A program made the position numbers and the translations under genes. Below the pieces are notes generated by a model. That model ran no database searches. It saw nothing but the letters and a program-made list of their open reading frames with translations, and was not told the DNA's origin. Positions 22,830-25,399 of a DNA stretch of 25,399 bases are shown piece after piece. Source of the DNA: a virus (lineage: Duplodnaviria > Heunggongvirae > Uroviricota > Caudoviricetes); the IMG/VR virus record IMGVR_UViG_3300005437_000011, one strand, 5' to 3'. Numbering within the stretch: the stretch's first letter is position 1; every line of letters starts with the position of its first letter.

Positions 22830-23981
22830 TCACGACGCGAGGCGCGCCTCCTCCTGAAGTAGAACGGCCTTCGAGATCAGTTCGGGTTCGCGTTCACCGG
22901 GTGAAAACCCAACAGCTTTCCAGTGCGCTGGTAGCTTTTGTTCGATGGTCGTGGCTCGGGCAACCTCTGGCGCGCGGGCACGCTTCGTCGTGTTCGGGAT
23001 CGGTTCGGGCTTCACCCAGTTGGCGCCCAGGTCATTCGCCATGTGATCGCACAAGGCCTGCGCTGCGTTGCGCGCCATCTCGCGCTCGTCGATCGGAAAG
23101 GTGTACCGCATTCGGACTTCACCGCCGCGAACGTTCGGGAGTGGAGCGTTCATCACCAGGGAGCCGTTCTCCCAACGCCCTTCGAGCAGGAACATCGGCG
23201 TTGCGGGCGTTGGGATGCGTTCCCAGGATACCAGGCGCTGGCCGTCGAATTCAGCGACCACGTAGCCCTTCGGACCGGGCTCGCCGAAGTTGTTGTGCTT
23301 CGGGGCGCCACCGAATAAGCACGGTGATCCCTCGATGCTCCACGCCTGCTGCGCATGGATGTGGCCGAGCAAGTAGAGGTCACAACGGAGTAGTCCAAGG
23401 TCAGCCAGCGACAGCGACATATCGCTGCCGACGAGCGGCTGATCATGATCGGTCTTTGCTCCGTCGATGTTGACGTGACCGAGCCCGACCCTTGGCATGC
23501 CCTCGTACTGGTCAAGCTCGCTCCCGAGTCCGCGCAGAATGTTCCGCAGGTGATGCTGTGCGGCGTTGTTCACGTCCGGAATGCCGGCGTCTCCGAGCGC
23601 TGCCAGCAAGTTTGCTTTGCGTGGCCACGGCAGGCACGCGATGGCGATGCCTTGCGACACGACGACTGCCGGACGGTCATGGAAGTAGATCGGGTGCGGA
23701 GCTTCCAGGAGATTAAAAATATCGAGATCCGAGTGGACTTCATGGTTTCCGTACACGCCGACCAGCGGCCCGAGCTGCGCCATTCGTAGGAGCCAGTCGG
23801 CAATCGCGTTTCGCTCCTCAGGTCGAGACTTCCCCTCCAGAATGTCGCCGCCGAGCAGCGTGAGCGTGCAGCCGCGCTCTGCTGCATCGTCGGCGATCCA
23901 GTTGTGGATGCGGACCGTTTCCTCAAACCTAGAATTTAGGTCGAAGTGGTTGTCCGTAACGAAAGCGAGGCGGACCATCAC
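22830..23981 (-). CDS. sbcD: SbcD/Mre11-like metallophosphoesterase nuclease
   Basis: TDNH, GGDILE, GNHE, GHV and GHIH motifs; directly upstream of the SbcC-like gene. Start GTG 23981 or ATG 23978. Confidence 0.9.
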   Translation of the reverse strand: MMVRLAFVTDNHFDLNSRFEETVRIHNWIADDAAERGCTLTLLGGDILEGKSRPEERNAIADWLLRMAQLGPLVGVYGNHEVHSDLDIFNLLEAPHPIYFHDRPAVVVSQGIAIACLPWPRKANLLAALGDAGIPDVNNAAQHHLRNILRGLGSELDQYEGMPRVGLGHVNIDGAKTDHDQPLVGSDMSLSLADLGLLRCDLYLLGHIHAQQAWSIEGSPCLFGGAPKHNNFGEPGPKGYVVAEFDGQRLVSWERIPTPATPMFLLEGRWENGSLVMNAPLPNVRGGEVRMRYTFPIDEREMARNAAQALCDHMANDLGANWVKPEPIPNTTKRARAPEVARATTIEQKLPAHWKAVGFSPGEREPELISKAVLLQEEARLAS

Positions 23982-25210
23982 AGATCCGTTTCGCCTTCGG
24001 CGTAGTTCGGCTTGCCCGACGCAGCAGCCTGAGCGCCAGGAACCGGCGTGGCGTTCGCCGCTTTGCCCTTCGGTTTCGGTTCCGATGCTGGAGCGCCGTC
24101 TCCGCCATCGAAGTCATAGTCGTCGAAGTTGTCGATCTCTTGCTGGGCTGGACCAACCGGTGGCGGAGCATGGCCGGAAAACTGCGGGACGTTCGTGGTG
24201 TCGAAGCGCTGCGGCGCCGGTTGTGCTGCGTGCGGGGCGGGCGCCGGTTGAGGCGAAGGCTTGCCGTACATGCTCGCCATGCCCCCAATCATCGCGTCCG
24301 CGGTCTTCTCCGCGAACATCTTGCGTTCAGCCGGGTCGTCTGATTGCCCAGTGAACATGAGGCGACACACCGCGAACGGCTTCTTGAGTTCATCCGGATT
24401 GTAGCTGCGCTTCAGCCCGCATCCCGACGCGATGGCGCGGTTCTTCGCCTTGCTCTCCGCGTGCCGCAGGAGGAACCTGCGCAACTCGAGAATCTGCTTG
24501 GCTGGATCGCGACCATCCGCCTGCGCCTTCGTTGTGATCTCGTCGAGCTGAGGAGAGCCAACGCGCGCATCGATCTCTACCTCCCCATCGATCGTGCGCT
24601 TGCTGCCGTCGAAATTACGCACATAGCCAACTGCACGATAGTGGCAGTAGTGCGGATCGCTGCCGTTATCGAGCCGCCCGCTCTTCTCCGGATCCCAGTC
24701 CACGCCGGCGGAGTTGCCAATCTTGGCGATCGTAACCCCTGACAGGCCGACTTTGCCGCCGCTCAACGCATAGACCTCGCCCGGCCCTTTCTTGTCCGTA
24801 CTTGGGTTCACCGTGACATACGAGACGGCGACACCGCAGCCCGGTGGCAGGCAGTCGACCGTCGAAGCACTCGACACGAGATGGTAGCTCTCGCTCAGCT
24901 TGGTCAGGTGAGCGGTGACCGCGACTGGGTCATTCATGGACGCGCCCAAAGCGGATGGCGGTTGACGCTGGATGGTCGCTGGAGATGCTGCCGGCGGAGC
25001 CTTTGCCAGTTGCGTGCCGCCATCAGCGCGGCGCTTCAACTCCGTTTTTGCAGCGGAGATCCAGGCGCGATCTCGGTCAGCCCATTGCTTGTTTGGATCT
25101 GCTTCGAGCTTCTCCTGAAGCGCGTCGATGACCCACCGCAGATTCGCTGGATCGGTTTCGGTAATCGTCTCGCCTTTTGCGCGTCCAAACGGAATCTTGA
25201 ATTCAGCCAT
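23978..25210 (-). CDS. Putative single-strand annealing/recombination protein with N-terminal DUF3820-like (PFGxxKG) module and acidic tail
   Basis: Start moved to ATG 25210 (AAGGGAG upstream). KIPFGRAKGETI...LRWV; central HAESKAKNRAI...KPF; Pro/Ala/Gln linker and acidic C-terminus. The SSAP role is inferred from its position before sbcDC. Confidence 0.55.
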   Translation of the reverse strand: MAEFKIPFGRAKGETITETDPANLRWVIDALQEKLEADPNKQWADRDRAWISAAKTELKRRADGGTQLAKAPPAASPATIQRQPPSALGASMNDPVAVTAHLTKLSESYHLVSSASTVDCLPPGCGVAVSYVTVNPSTDKKGPGEVYALSGGKVGLSGVTIAKIGNSAGVDWDPEKSGRLDNGSDPHYCHYRAVGYVRNFDGSKRTIDGEVEIDARVGSPQLDEITTKAQADGRDPAKQILELRRFLLRHAESKAKNRAIASGCGLKRSYNPDELKKPFAVCRLMFTGQSDDPAERKMFAEKTADAMIGGMASMYGKPSPQPAPAPHAAQPAPQRFDTTNVPQFSGHAPPPVGPAQQEIDNFDDYDFDGGDGAPASEPKPKGKAANATPVPGAQAAASGKPNYAEGETDL

Positions 25211-25246
25211 TGTCTGCATCTCCCTTATTGTTGGTTGAAAGCTGTA

Positions 25247-25301
25247 GCGTCGGATTGAAGGCAGAGGCCGAGGGGAGCGGCATGCATCTTCAATCCGACG
25301 C
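25247..25301 (-). promoter_or_regulatory. Leader hairpin, copy B, with CTCCCCT loop
   Basis: Perfect 14-bp inverted repeat gcgtcggattgaag (25247-25260) / cttcaatccgacgc (25288-25301) enclosing GCCG-CTCCCCT-CGGC-CTC (25264-25281). Confidence 0.65.
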
Positions 25302-25399
25302 GACAACCGTCTACCTAGCCGTCACGCGCGCGTCCTTTGCGATGCCGGCTTACCTCTGCACGTATCCAAGTGGATCGTGTGCGCCGGCTGAATCGTAAC

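Larger units (their letters stand above)
1..25399 (-). mobile_element. Phage/prophage early-accessory region (recombination, methylase, nucleotide-handling and many small genes)
   Basis: About 40 co-directional minus-strand genes, mostly joined by 1-10 nt start/stop overlaps. Phage-typical content (Ead/Ea22-like, DUF4326, Dam, SbcCD-like, MazG-like). No virion, integrase or att evidence inside the window, so phage versus other element is an inference. Confidence 0.8.

Noticed and set aside
277-25398. Plus-strand ORFs in the track (e.g. 13466..14215, 21145..22041, 6547..7212)
   Set aside because: They are antisense shadows of recognisable minus-strand genes in GC-rich DNA, with Arg/Ser/Ala-rich products and no motifs.
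25302-25399. tRNA or identifiable gene end at the right edge
   Set aside because: No cloverleaf or T-loop consensus, and the open frames are too short to assign.

Overview
GC-rich (judged by eye, not computed) segment in which every credible gene lies on the minus strand. Most neighbours overlap by ATGA, GTGA, TGATG or TAATG. This layout is typical of the early/accessory arm of a phage or prophage; no structural, integrase or host core genes are in the window. In transcription order (right to left): a putative single-strand annealing protein with SbcD and a hookless SbcC; small HTH and Zn-finger genes; a Dam-family methylase; a vWA + divergent adenylosuccinate-synthetase (PurA-like) + J-domain/pseudokinase module; a tandem winged-helix protein; about 20 small or mosaic accessory genes (including Ead/Ea22-like and DUF4326); a MazG-like pyrophosphohydrolase; a solo, catalytically intact tnpB with an IS200/IS605-type right end; a Pol-beta-family nucleotidyltransferase; and a class II CCA-adding enzyme cut by the window edge. 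Strongest leads: (1) the PurA-like enzyme keeps its catalytic core but has lost the aspartate-binding loop, and sits with a vWA protein and a J-domain pseudokinase; (2) a twice-repeated, covarying hairpin with a CUCCCCU loop in two operon leaders; (3) a 345-nt periodic linker/variable-cassette architecture inside a 760-aa gene; (4) a coupled CCA + nucleotidyltransferase pair that looks like an RNA-repair module. Family assignments come from motif recognition, not database searches.
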